Shown: piece after piece, positions 25,462 to 37,890 of the stretch
Position numbering within the stretch: position 1 is the first letter of the stretch
How the letters are laid out: each line of letters begins with the position of its first letter
Source of the DNA: Octopus sinensis
Taxonomy: Eukaryota
NCBI RefSeq assembly: GCF_006345805.1
Contig: NC_043025.1
Location: forward strand, 6,262,001-6,326,000
Reading direction: 5' to 3'
Length of the DNA: 64,000 nucleotides
Position numbers and translations under genes: made by a program
The notes under the pieces: model-generated
The model's database searches: none
Seen by the model: the letters and a program-made list of their open reading frames with translations, nothing else
What the model was told of the DNA's origin: nothing

Positions 25462-26335
25462 CACCTTTTTCTTTCATAAGTATTAAATCTGTACATCACC
25501 CCCAATTATTATATATAATAATAATAAAAAGCAAGGCAGTGCTGCAGCATGGCCGCAGTCAAATGACCGAAACAGTTAAAAGAATTGTCACACTTTGGTC
25601 TCACTGCATACAAGGCATCGACTACATGGTTTTGTATTCAGTCCTACTGTACAACACATTCGGCGCTTTTAACTATGGACCTGGGTTGACCAAACTTTTG
25701 GGAGTGGACTTGATAGATAAAGTACTTAAAACAAATAAGTACTAAGGCAGTGCCCCAGCATGGCCACAGTCCAACGACGGAGACAACTAAGAAGATACAA
25801 GAGAGCAAGATTTTAAAGTTCTTTGGCTACAAATACATGTAGAAGCATGCAGGAGTGGCTGTGTGGTAAGTAGCTTGCTAACCAACCACATGGTTCCGGG
25901 TTCAGTCCCACTGCATGGCATCTTGGGCAAGTGTCTTCTACTATAGCCTCGGGCCGACCAAAGCCTTGTGAGTGGATTTGGTAGACGGAAACTGAAAGAA
26001 GCCCGTCGTGTACATATATATATATATGTGTTTGTGTGTGTCTGTCCCCCTAGCATTGCTTGACAACAAATGCTGGTGTGTTTATGTCCCCGTCACTTAG
26101 CGGTTCGGCAAAAGAGACCGATAGAATAAGTACTGGACTTACAAAAGAATAAGTCTCGGGGTCGAGTTGCTCGATTAAAGGCGGTGCTCCAGCATGACCG
26201 CAGTCAAATGACTGAAACAAGTAAAAGAGTACATCTGTAGAATTACAGACTTATCAAACCCCTACTTTTCACTAGCACTCCCAGCTGTCCCTCTATAATA
26301 TTTCAAGTAGTAAGAAACTTTGGTGGGGAACCTAC

Positions 26336-26370
26336 CTGGAAGTCCTTGTTTCACTTCACCCTTCCACTGA
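26336..26370 (-). CDS. DCTPP1: DCTPP1 copy A, exon 3 (35 nt)
   Basis: ctgttttcag|TCAGTGGAAGGGTGAAGTGAAACAAGGACTTCCAG|gtagg gives (F)QWKGEVKQGLP(E), containing the conserved FQW; identical to the copy B exon. Confidence 0.92.
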
Positions 26371-27768
26371 CTGAAAACAGGAGAAAATAGACATGAAAAC
26401 ATGTGTGTACACACACACACACACACACACATATATAACAATAGATAGGCAGAGAGATAGATACATATACACAATCACAAATAATGCTGCTGTGACAAAT
26501 TTTCATCTCTCTGGCATTCATTGTATTTTTAGAAGAGCAAGTCTATAAAGGATGTTATCTCTGGACAAAAATTACAGCAACTGGCCTATCAACTGTGTAT
26601 ACATTAAGTAAAAAACACTGTTTTCGAATGTGGCCATTGCCAGTACCGCCAAACCGGCCCTCATGCCGGTGGCACTTTAAAAGCACCCACTACACTCTCG
26701 GAGTGGTTGGCGTTAGGAAGGGCATTCAGCTGTAGAAACTCTGCCAGAACAAGATTGAAGCCTGGTGCAGCCATCTGGTTCGCCATTCCTCAGTCAAATC
26801 GTCCAACCCATGCTAGCATGGAAAGAGGACGTTAGACGATGGTGATGGTGATTAGTCATTGTGCCCTAAGTTCCGGTGGACTTGAGATGAATAGTGGAGT
26901 AGTTTCCCCCGTGGTCTTCTCTAGGCAGGTAGGATTTGAACACAGGATGTGGAGAACTGAAAGATATAGCATAAACCACCTCTGTTCGCGGGCCAATGGC
27001 CCTACCACTCTCCCACAAGCAGAGCAACATAGAATGAAATATTTTGCTCAAGAACACACAACGAACACCCAGTCCTGGAATTGAACCCACAATCTTGTGA
27101 CTGTAAATGCAATCATCCTAACCACTAGGCCACATGCATTCACATTAACCATTTTGTTACTGTATTTATTTTGAGGTGTTCTGTGTTTCTTTCAATTACT
27201 TTAAATATAACAAAGAATTTAGTAAAATAACTTGGTTATCATTAAGCTAGTGTTAGGAACATAAATTGTGACTAAGGCTTGATTTTAATTCAAAACTTTT
27301 GAAAACAAGACATTTGTACAACAGAGCCAGAGGTGGTTTCAACCAGGTTGGCATCGAAAGGGTTAAAAATATCATGGTGACTTTAACCCTTTTGTTACCA
27401 TATTTCTGTTGAGATGTTCTGTGTTTCTTTCAATTATTTTAAATATAACAAAAGAATTTAGTAAAATAACTTGGTTATCATTAAGCTGGTGTTAAGAACA
27501 TAAATTGTGACTAAGGTTTGGTGGAAGATTTTAATTGAAACCTTAAGAAAACAAGACATTTGTACAACAGAGCCAGAGCCGGTTTGGTAACAAAAGGGTT
27601 AAGTCACATGACTTACATAGAGACTATGAACTGGGTCTTTTTACTCTGACCAGAACCGTGATGACCCCCTTCCAATTTATGTCACCATGGAAATAAAGAT
27701 GGTACAGACACAGCATAAGAACCTACAGTTTTGACTTTGAAATCTTGGATAAATGTAAACCAACTTAC

Positions 27769-27879
27769 AATATTTCAGCGAGTTCTCCGACTTCTCCAAC
27801 CAGTGCCAACAAGATATTTCGTGGGGTTTGATACTGGTCCCGGTTCCGTGCCAGGCAGAAGTCCTCCTGTTTCTGGCGA
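27769..27879 (-). CDS. DCTPP1: DCTPP1 copy A, exon 2 (111 nt)
   Basis: ttttccag|T CGC...ATA TT|gtaag; RQKQEDFCLARNRDQYQTPRNILLALVGEVGELAEI(F) matches DCTPP1 PRNLLLALVGEVGELAELF. Confidence 0.92.
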
Positions 27880-30256
27880 CTGGAAAACATGTTAGAAAGA
27901 TAGTTTAAAACTTTTTGTTTTACACACTGTATAACTCTTTTACTTGTTTCAGTCATTTGACTGCGGCCATGCTGGAGCACAGCCTTTAGTCGAACAATTC
28001 GACCCCAGGATTTATTCTTTGTAAGCCTAGTACTTATTCTATCGGTCTCTTTTGCCGAACCGCTAAGTTACAGGGACTAGACACTGTATAACTCTTTTAC
28101 TTGCTTCAGTCATTTGACTGCGGCCATGCTGGAGCACAGCCTTTAGTCAAGCTTATCGACCCCAGGACTAATTCTTTGTAAGCCTAGTACTTATTCTATC
28201 GGTTTCTTTTGCCGAACCGCTAAGTTACGGGGACATAAACACACCAGTATCGGTTGTCAAGCGATGTTGGGGGGACAAACACAGACACATATATACGACA
28301 GGTTTCTTTCAGTTTCCATCTACCAAATCCACTTACTAAGCTTTGGTTGGCCCGAGGCTATAGTAGAAGACACTTGCCCAAGGTGCCACGCACTGGGACT
28401 GAACCCGGAACCATGTGGTTGGTAAGCAAGCTACTTACCACACAGCCACTCCTGCGCCATCCACGAACATACTTAGATATGAACACGCTCGGGCACACAA
28501 CCGTTATTTTTCGTATACAAGTACATACATAAGGGCTCGCGCACTCACACACAGCCCTTATCTTTCATGGCAATTAATCAGTATTGGTCTCAAGACTTGT
28601 CACCGACCGACTGACCTATGAAAATGCGTTTGTTAGTTTCCGTGAAAAGTTATTTACTAAGGGTATCACGACTTGGCAATCTTTCGTCTCTAGTAGACCT
28701 TTCCGTCCATTTCCGTAAAAAAATTTTTTTTCTTTTTACATATGGGCTTGCGGGAACTTTTGAAGTAATGAGAGCGAAACTGACTAAGAGAAAGCGATTG
28801 TATGACGAGGGAAGTTCTTTTGAAGTTACCGTGCATGGGAGCATTGATGGACATGTGTGTGTGTGTGTTTGATGGGGTGTGGGAGACAGACAGTATGTTG
28901 TGTAAGTGAAGTGCTTCTGTTAGTGTGTGTGAAGAGACAGAGTAATGTGTGAAAGAAAGAGATAACAAATTTTTTACTCAGTGTATGTGTATATGTATGT
29001 ATATTACTTCAAAAGTTCCCGCAAGCCCATATGTAAAAAAAAAAAAAAAGTTTTACGGAAATCGACGGAAAGGTCTACTAGAGACGAAAGATCGCCAACA
29101 TGGCATTTTAAATAACAATAAGTCAAATTATACCGAAATAAATGACATTTTATTTCGATTTCAAAATTGTTTTATTTTCACTTTGTTAATTAATGACTAA
29201 CGCAGGTCCACTCTCCCCCACGAGTACCAAAAAATGTATTAATTTTCCACACTTGTATCTCAGGGACTAATTCACTTTTTCCCAGAGAATTTTCTTGAAA
29301 CAGGATTTTGTCCGTGACAGCACGTGTTGACCACTAATTTGGCCTTTTCGACGTCGATCTAGTTTTCTTCTTCGGAATTTACGGATTTTACATACACAAA
29401 TGAAGCAGGTAAGAAAAAAAAGTTCGTTTCTCGTTGTGTTCAACGTTTTTTTTATGTCTTATACCCATATATGCATGTATATATAATTTATATTATATAT
29501 GTGTGGCTTTTGAACTTCGGCACCACGCCTGGTGCTTAGGGGTAGGATTTTTGTTATTCATATTATATATCTGTGGTTTTTGGAGAGACTGGAAGCGGTT
29601 GAAAAAAACCCCATTTTGACAGAAAAAGTTAAAGGATGTTGTGGGGATGATGGTAGAATATCTATTATGTCTATAGTTCCACGGACAGCCTTCAATTTTT
29701 CTTCTTTTTTTTTAAAACTTAAATACGGCGCAGGAGTGGCTGTGTGGTAAGTGGCTTGTTTACTAACCACATGGTTCCGGGTTCAGTTCCACTGCGTGGC
29801 ATCTTGGGCAAGTGTCTTCTACTATAGCCTCGGGCCGACAAAAGCTTTGTGAGTGGATTTGGTAGACGGAAACTGAAAGAAGCTCGTCGTATATATGTAT
29901 ATATGCGTGTGTGTGTGTTTGTGTGTCTGTATTTGTGCCCCTAGCATTGCTTGACAACCGATGCTGGTGTGTTTATGTCCCCGTTACTTAGCGGTTCGGC
30001 AAAAGGGACCGATAGAATAAGTACTGGGCTTACAAAAGAATAAGTCCCGGGGTCGAGTTACTCGACTAAAGGCGGTGCTCCAGCATGGCCGCAGTCAAAT
30101 GACTGAAACAAGTAAAAGAGTATGTTATTTTTACACAGTTTTCTCGGGGCGGCACTGCGTGGCACCTTGGGCAACTGTCTTCTACTATAGCCTCGGACCA
30201 ACCGAAGCTTTGTGAGTGGATTTGGTAGACGGAAACTTAAAGAAGCCCGTTGTATA

Positions 30257-30342
<86 letters not shown>

Positions 30343-31488
30343 TGTGTGTGTGTGTGTGTGCGTTTGTCCCCCCAACATCGCTTGACAACCGATGGTGGTT
30401 TGTTTACGTCCCCGTAACTTAGCGGTTCGGCAAAGGCGACCGATAGAATAAGTACTAAGCTCACAAAGAATAAGTCTTGGGGGTCGATTTGCTCGACTAA
30501 AGGCGGTGCTCCAGCATGGACACAGTCAAATGACTGAAACAAGTAAAAGAGTATAAATTTCTTTTCGAAAGTCCTCTCCTGACCCCCTCGAAGGAAAAAA
30601 TTTCTGTTCTCGAATTTGTTTAATATACATCTTTTTTATTACACCTTTTGTTTTGGTGACTGGGTGTTAAAAGTAAACAGCCCTTGTCACAGCGTGGGCC
30701 TGCTTATTCCAGACCGCCGTCCAATATTCATTTCGTTTCAGTACATAAAATACACGATACTTTTAGACATACCCCATTTTTTTTTAGAACTTGGCGCCAA
30801 CGAAATCTTTAAGTACCCGGATTTAAAATTATGCAATTTACGCGGGAAAACATGAAACTTGGGGAAAGAAATCTTACGGTTGAATGAAAAAATGCAACAA
30901 GGTCACTCTTCCTAAATACAACAGTTAAAGCTCCCTCAAATAACGCCGTAATGTCATGAAAAACGAAGGACACATTGTAAGTGTAAATATACTATGCCAA
31001 ATACGTTAACTAATGTAGCCCTAGGTCAGAGCTGGAACGTTTTTGATCATAGATCAACAGGCGCATGACAGACCAGGGACAAAACTACAAGGAGAGACAC
31101 ATTGAATATTGCAGTTTAGGTACACTATGACTGGGAATGAAACATATAGCTTAAAACAGGAAGATGCTAGCTTTTTTTTTTAACCTATGAAAGGACCACG
31201 CGGTCCCAGTTTCGGTTCCACCGTGCGTCACCTCGGACAAGTGTTTTCTACTAAAGGCCTTTGCCAACCGGTACCCCGCGGGAAACTATAAAAGTCCATC
31301 GTGTATGTGGCGATCCTTCGGCATAAGTACCATATTCAAATTCCGCCGAGGTCGACTTTGCCTTTCATCCTTTCGGGGTCGATTAAATAAGTACCAGTTA
31401 CGCACTGGAGTCGATGGAATCGACTTAATCCCTTTGTCTGTCCTTGTTTGTCCCCTCTGTGTTTAGTAAAGAAATAGGTATAAGTACC

Positions 31489-31523
<35 letters not shown>

Positions 31524-31900
31524 CTCCTTTACTTGTTTCAGTCATTTGACTGTGGCCATGCTGGAATACCGCCTTTAGTCGAAGAAATCGACACCAGGAC
31601 TTATTTTTGTGTAAGCCTATTACTTATTCCATCGGTCTCTATTGCCAAACCGCTAAGTTACGGGGACGTAAATACACCAGCATCGGTTGTCAAGCGATGT
31701 TGGGGGAGAAACACAGACACACAAATGTATACACACACACACACATATATACGACGGGCTTCTTTCAGTTTCCGTCTACCAAATCCACTCACAAGTCTTT
31801 GGTCGGCCTGAGGCTATAGTAGAAGACACTTGCCCAATGTGACACGCAGTGGGACTGAACCCGGAACCATGTGGTTAGTAAGCAAGCTACCTACCACTCC

Positions 31901-31933
<33 letters not shown>

Positions 31934-31974
31934 GTATATATGTGACTGAACCGAATAGTAAAATCAGTACTTAC

Positions 31975-32255
31975 ATATCTTCCAAAGTGGTTTGTAGACT
32001 AAATTTAAACTCAGGTTCGTCCTCAAGTCGCGTGATCTCACCGTTCTGCCGTGGTTGTTTTGGCGGTGATGTTCCCACATCGCCGTTTGAGTGGATATTT
32101 TCCGTAGCCTGGAAATTCTTTTCCCAAGTTAAAAGCATCTGATCTGTTGGAGGTTCTTCTGCGTAGTTCTCCGTCCATTTAACTCGCACAGCCTCCGTTG
32201 ATTTCAGCTCTGCCAGCCACAAAACCGCCTGCAACTTCTGGTTGAATGCTGCCAT
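31975..32255 (-). CDS. DCTPP1: DCTPP1 copy A, exon 1 (281 nt): DUF4817-like HTH, linker and start of the pyrophosphatase domain
   Basis: ATG 32255; ends FKFSLQTTLED-AT|gtaagt. The phase-2 join with exon 2 gives TLEDIR, as in human FSFSPEPTLEDIR. Confidence 0.9.
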
Positions 32256-32941
32256 GATTTAGCGCTTCTAAATTTGGATGTGCACAGCCTTAAGAAAGAC
32301 AACTCACACTGATTTATTATTTATAATGTGTTGGGCGTATCTCAGGTAACATGATAACACTGGGTAAGGTCGTTAGTAGGAGGAGTTAGGAAGGGAAATG
32401 GGAGGAAAATCAAATAAAGTTTTAAAAAACAGTATAAAGAAGATTTCATTTTCGTTTTCGTGATAGATTTGGGATATAACTATTTGAAATATTGCTGTCA
32501 GAGACTAGGGATATCTAGAACAATACAGTAAAAGATTTAGAAGTCGTTGGGTACATAAGTAAGTAGACAGAGGTAAGGGCCGGTCGATAAAAAGATGGAT
32601 TGACAGATACATCTGTTTGATACTCTCTTTTACTCTTTTACTCGTTTCAGTCATTTGACTGCGGCCATGCTGGAGCACCGCCTTTAGTCGAGCAAATCGA
32701 CCCCGGGACTTATTCTTTTGTAAGCCCAGTACTTATTCTATCGGTTACTTTTGCCGAACCGCTAAGTGACGGGGACGTAAACACCAGCATCGGTTGTCAA
32801 GCAATGCTAGGGGAAGAAATGCTATTTAAAATACAATGCAAGTGTTGAAGATTTATAGTGTAGGTATTTCATAATTTGTCTTTCTAATTGACACGCATGT
32901 TACGCAAGAATTGCCCTATTTTTATTCTTAGTTATTTTGTA

Positions 32942-33048
32942 CAGGGTGATTCAAAAGCCACCATACATAGGAAAAAATATTTTTTTTATAAGTAGTTTAA
33001 TAAAAAAAAAAAAATGTTCTTATGTATGGCGACTTTTGAATCGCCCTG
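32942..33048. mobile_element. 107-bp Tc1/mariner-type MITE, TA-flanked, TIR CAGGG[T/C]GATTCAAAAG
   Basis: ta|cagggtgattcaaaagccaccatacata...tatgtatggcgacttttgaatcgccctg|ta. Confidence 0.8.
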
Positions 33049-33699
33049 TAAAAATAGGGCTCAGACTTTCGGGAAAGACTTCCTTTTGTACCCCGTACCC
33101 ATTTATTTGTTTCAGTCATTTGACTGTGGCCATGCTGGAGCACCGCCTTTTTAGTCGAGCAAATCGACTCCAGGACTTATTCTTTGTAAGCCTACTATTT
33201 ATTCTATCGGTCTCTTTTGCCGAACCGCTAAGTTACGGAGACGTAAACACACCAGCATCGGTGTTCAAGCAATGGTGGGGGGACAAACACAGACACACAC
33301 ACACACATATATATATATACATATATACGACGGGCTTCTTTCAGTTTCCGTGGACCCAATCCACTCACAAGGCTTTGGTCGACCCGAGGCTATAGCAGAA
33401 GACACTCGCCCAAGGTGCCACGCAGTGGGACTGAACCCGGGACCATGTGGTTGGAAAGCAAGTTTCTTACCACACAGCCACTCCTACACCATCGTAATTT
33501 AATAACTGAACCCCAATCCTAGTTAACGCAGCAGATGGTGCTCAATTGATCTATGAGGATGGTAGAAGTGGGGGAAATTTGGTGCTTATGTGGGACCTAC
33601 AGTGCTGTACTCACAGAGTGGCATACACCATTCTATGCCTGACTGGCTGTACTGTAGTAGTACATAGTATGTAGGTTTTCAAGGTGAGCTCTGACTGGC

Positions 33700-33745
33700 C
33701 GTATGCAAATGAGTTCATTACTGAGGTCCGGAACTCACGTGGGAA
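33700..33745. promoter_or_regulatory. Candidate cis-elements in the 2.5-kb divergent intergenic region (octamer ATGCAAAT 33703-33710, E-box CACGTG 33736-33741)
   Basis: Motif matches within the only long non-repeat block between the two DCTPP1 ATGs; motif presence only. Confidence 0.2.
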
Positions 33746-34234
33746 AAGAATTTCGGGGCCGGTACCTTCAGCCACCCCTGAATATTCCAATAAAAGTTGA
33801 ATTACATTTTTTTATTCTTTTACTTGTTTCAGTCATTATATTGAATACATGGTACAGAATATATTTTAATAATTTTTAGTGATTCATAACTATCAAACAG
33901 GCTCAGCTTTAGAAATATATTATCACTGTTAGATAAAGATTATATCTTTCCTTTTCATTGTTTAGTTTATATTTTAACTTCCAGCCCCAAGTATACCAGT
34001 TAATAAGTCCGGTACTGTATAATATAATCTTTCTTAGAAATGGATGCGTGCGTTCCATCTTGTCCTGTACTCTATTTTTTCGTTGTTTAAGAAAAATGTC
34101 CTGTTCCTTGGTTTTGTGTTTATGTTTTCGTTTCTCATTGTCTGACGTTTTTTTGGTGTCCTGTACCCATATATGCATGTAGAGGTAGGTACGTACATAT
34201 ATGTATATATATATGCATATGTTTTATTTATTAA

Positions 34235-34634
34235 CTAGCAGTATCGCCCGGCGTTGCTCGGGTTTGTAAGGGAAATAACTATATAAGCATATTTAGAGAG
34301 TTATAGCCAAAAAATAGCAAAAAAATGCATTAAAAATGGAAAAAAATGATGGTAAATTTTTTTTAAAATCGTTGACTCATCGTAGATATTTTAGAGAGTT
34401 ACTTCCCTTATATAATAGCGAAAAAAATGCATTAAAATGGGGGAAAATGATGGTAAATTTTTTTTAAATTGTAGACTCATCGTAGACGCGCGCTAATACC
34501 CAGAAGGGCTCGATATGAATCACGACTATAAGATACCCGGTTTTGGTTAAACTGCACCGCAAAATGTGGGAGTAGTTAGGAATCTAAATCGTAGGAGACA
34601 GACACTCACACAACCTCACTTTTATATATAAAGA
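34235..34634 (-). mobile_element. Non-autonomous Helitron
   Basis: A|CTAG at the left with hairpin cccggcgttgctcggg, ...AAGA|T at the right (TC start on the minus strand); same terminal design as 5073-5501. Confidence 0.8.
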
Positions 34635-34800
34635 TTTACTGTATAATATAAGGTCATTTGGCTGCTATTTCTAGCCGCTCAAACAGTCACCCAGCATACG
34701 TCCTGTTTAATTTCTGCAAGGGAGATAATTGGAAACGTTTTGAATAATAAGCCAGTCGGAGTTATCTCTCTTAACCTCCATTACCGCGAATCGTTGAATG

Positions 34801-35084
34801 ATGGCAGCATTCGACCAGAAGTTGCAGGCGGTTTTGTGGCTGGCAGAGCTGAAATCAACGGAGGCTGTGAGAGTTAAATGGACGGAGAAGTACGCAGAAG
34901 AACCGCCAACAGATCAGATGCTTTTAACGTGGAAAAAGAATTTCCAGGCTACGGAAAATATCCACTCGAACGGAGATGTGGGAACATCCCCACCAAAAAG
35001 ACCGCGACAAGACTTTGAGAAGACGACGAACCTTGAGGACGAAGCTGGGTTTAAATTCAGTCTGGAAACCACTTTGGAAGATAT
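34801..35084 (+). CDS. DCTPP1: DUF4817-like HTH / dCTP pyrophosphatase 1, copy B, exon 1 of 4 (284 nt)
   Basis: MAAFDQKLQAVLWLAELKS...FKFSLETTLED-AT|gtgagt. Join 34801-35084, 54563-54673, 55341-55375, 56454-56665 = 642 nt, 213 aa (an in-frame ATG also at 34798). Confidence 0.9.
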
Positions 35085-36693
35085 GTGAGTATTGAAGCTT
35101 TTATACTGTTCTGTTCGGTTCAGTAACTGGGTGGTGGCCATGCTGGGGCACTGCCTTCAAAGAGACTAACACCGGTTTAGCAAGCTGTGTTGAACAAGCA
35201 CAAAACACGTTCCCTCATATATATAACGGATATAAATATATATACATGTGTGTATATATATGTATATATATATATGTGTGCATATATACTCTTTACTCTT
35301 TTACTTGTTTCAGTCATTTGGCTGCGGCCATGCTGGAGCACCGCCTTTAGTCGAGCAAATCGACCCCGGGACTTATTCTTTTGTAAGCCCAGTACTTATT
35401 CTAACAGTCTCTTTTTGCCAAACCGCTAAGTGACGGGGACGTAAACACACCAGCATCGATTGTCAAGCAATGCTACGGGGACAAACACAGACACACACAC
35501 TCATACATATATACGACGGGCTTCTTTCAGTTTCCGTCTACCAAATCCGCTCTCAAGTCATTGGTCGGCCCGGGGCTATAGTAGAAAACACTTGCCCAAG
35601 GTGTCACACGGAACCATGTGGTTGGTAAACAAGCTACTTACCACACAGCCACGCCTGCGCCTATGTATATATATATATATATTATATTATATTTATATTA
35701 TTGGTTTATGTCTATCACTGTTTGAGTTGCCTAATAGTGGTTTTATCTCTAATTTATATATATATATATATGTGTGTGTGTGTGGTGGAGGTAAAGAATA
35801 CGCACACCACCCGTTTTCGGCGTAACCCTAACCCCAAGGCCATCTCATTCCTTTGAAAGGCTCTCTGCAACTAATCCCTTCAATCAAAATTCATAAGCTA
35901 TACACCTTTTATTCGTAGCTATATTTTACTTTATTCTATCTAAAGTTCAATATTTCATGTTATTTTAGGATAAGAATGTCTTTAAAAGTACAAGTTATGA
36001 ATTTATTTAGGTTAATATAGGGCTGGAACTATCGGGCGATCTTTCGTCTCTAGTAGACCTTTCCGTCGATTTCCGTAAAAAACTTCTTTTTTTTTTACAT
36101 ATGGGCTTGCGGGAACTTTTGAAGTATTATACATACATATATACACATACACCGAGTAAAAAATTTCAGTTATCTCTTTCTTTCACACATTACTCTGTCT
36201 CTTCACACACACTAACAGAAGCACTTCACTTACACAACATACTGTCTGTCTCCCACACCCCATCAAACACACACACACACACATGTACATCAATGCTTCA
36301 CATGCACGGTAACTTCAAAAGAACTTCCCTCGTCATACAATCGCTTTCTCTTAGTCTCTTGGTAAGGAAGGCCAACATTTAATAGGGTTGAATAATTTAT
36401 TTGATGGACTCACAAATTTGCTAATCCGCTCAATGCCAGCGAACAACCAAACATAAACATTTTAATTAGAATTACAATCTGTAAATGGAATTAACTGATT
36501 ATACGTATGACAGCCGTTAAGACGATTGCAACGAATACAAAAAAAGTGCGGGAGACCGGGTCGGGCCCTCCTCCGTTTTCTGCAGAAAGAATGCATTTCC
36601 GATAGCTTACCGGGTCAACTTAGACGATTGCACCCGAAAAAACCTTGGAGACAAAAATTATTTAGTACCGAAATCGAGTCTTGTGTGAAACTA

Positions 36694-36727
36694 ACTATCT
36701 ATCTATCTGTGTGTGTCTATCTGTCTG

Positions 36728-36800
<73 letters not shown>

Positions 36801-36819
36801 ATCTATCTATCTGTGTCTG

Positions 36820-36881
<62 letters not shown>

Positions 36882-36888
36882 GTGTCTG

Positions 36889-36942
<54 letters not shown>

Positions 36943-36949
36943 GTGTCTG

Positions 36950-36999
<50 letters not shown>

Positions 37000-37006
37000 G
37001 TGTCTG

Positions 37007-37056
<50 letters not shown>

Positions 37057-37075
37057 CTATCTATCTATCTATCTA

Positions 37076-37107
<32 letters not shown>

Positions 37108-37110
37108 TCT

Positions 37111-37145
<35 letters not shown>

Positions 37146-37152
37146 GTGTCTG

Positions 37153-37214
<62 letters not shown>

Positions 37215-37221
37215 GTGTCTG

Positions 37222-37282
<61 letters not shown>

Positions 37283-37289
37283 GTGTCTG

Positions 37290-37321
<32 letters not shown>

Positions 37322-37348
37322 ATCTATCTATCTATCTATCTGTGTCTG

Positions 37349-37414
<66 letters not shown>

Positions 37415-37421
37415 GTGTCTG

Positions 37422-37460
<39 letters not shown>

Positions 37461-37467
37461 GTGTCTG

Positions 37468-37520
<53 letters not shown>

Positions 37521-37537
37521 CTATCTATCTGTGTCTG

Positions 37538-37580
<43 letters not shown>

Positions 37581-37598
37581 GTGTCTGTCTATCTATCT

Positions 37599-37649
<51 letters not shown>

Positions 37650-37656
37650 GTGTCTG

Positions 37657-37715
<59 letters not shown>

Positions 37716-37890
37716 GTGTCTGTCTATCTATTTATCTGTGTGTGTGTGTGTCTATCTGTGTGTGTGTGTCTATCTGTCTGTCTATCTATCTGTGTGTGTG
37801 TCTATCTGTCTATCTATCTGTGTGTGTGTCTCTCTCTGTCTGTCTATCTATCTGTCTGTCTGTCTATTTGTGTGTGAGTCTATCTTTCTG
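36694..37890. repeat. ~1.2-kb (TATC)n / GATA microsatellite with recurrent tgtgtctgtc and attatc variants
   Basis: Direct reading; source of the 400+ aa YLSI pseudo-ORFs. Confidence 0.95.

Noticed and set aside
31971-31974. Stop codons ending ORFs 31971-32255 and 34798-35088 as stand-alone 94-96 aa genes
   Set aside because: The stops lie within the GTAAGT/GTGAGT donor sites; these are first exons of DCTPP1.
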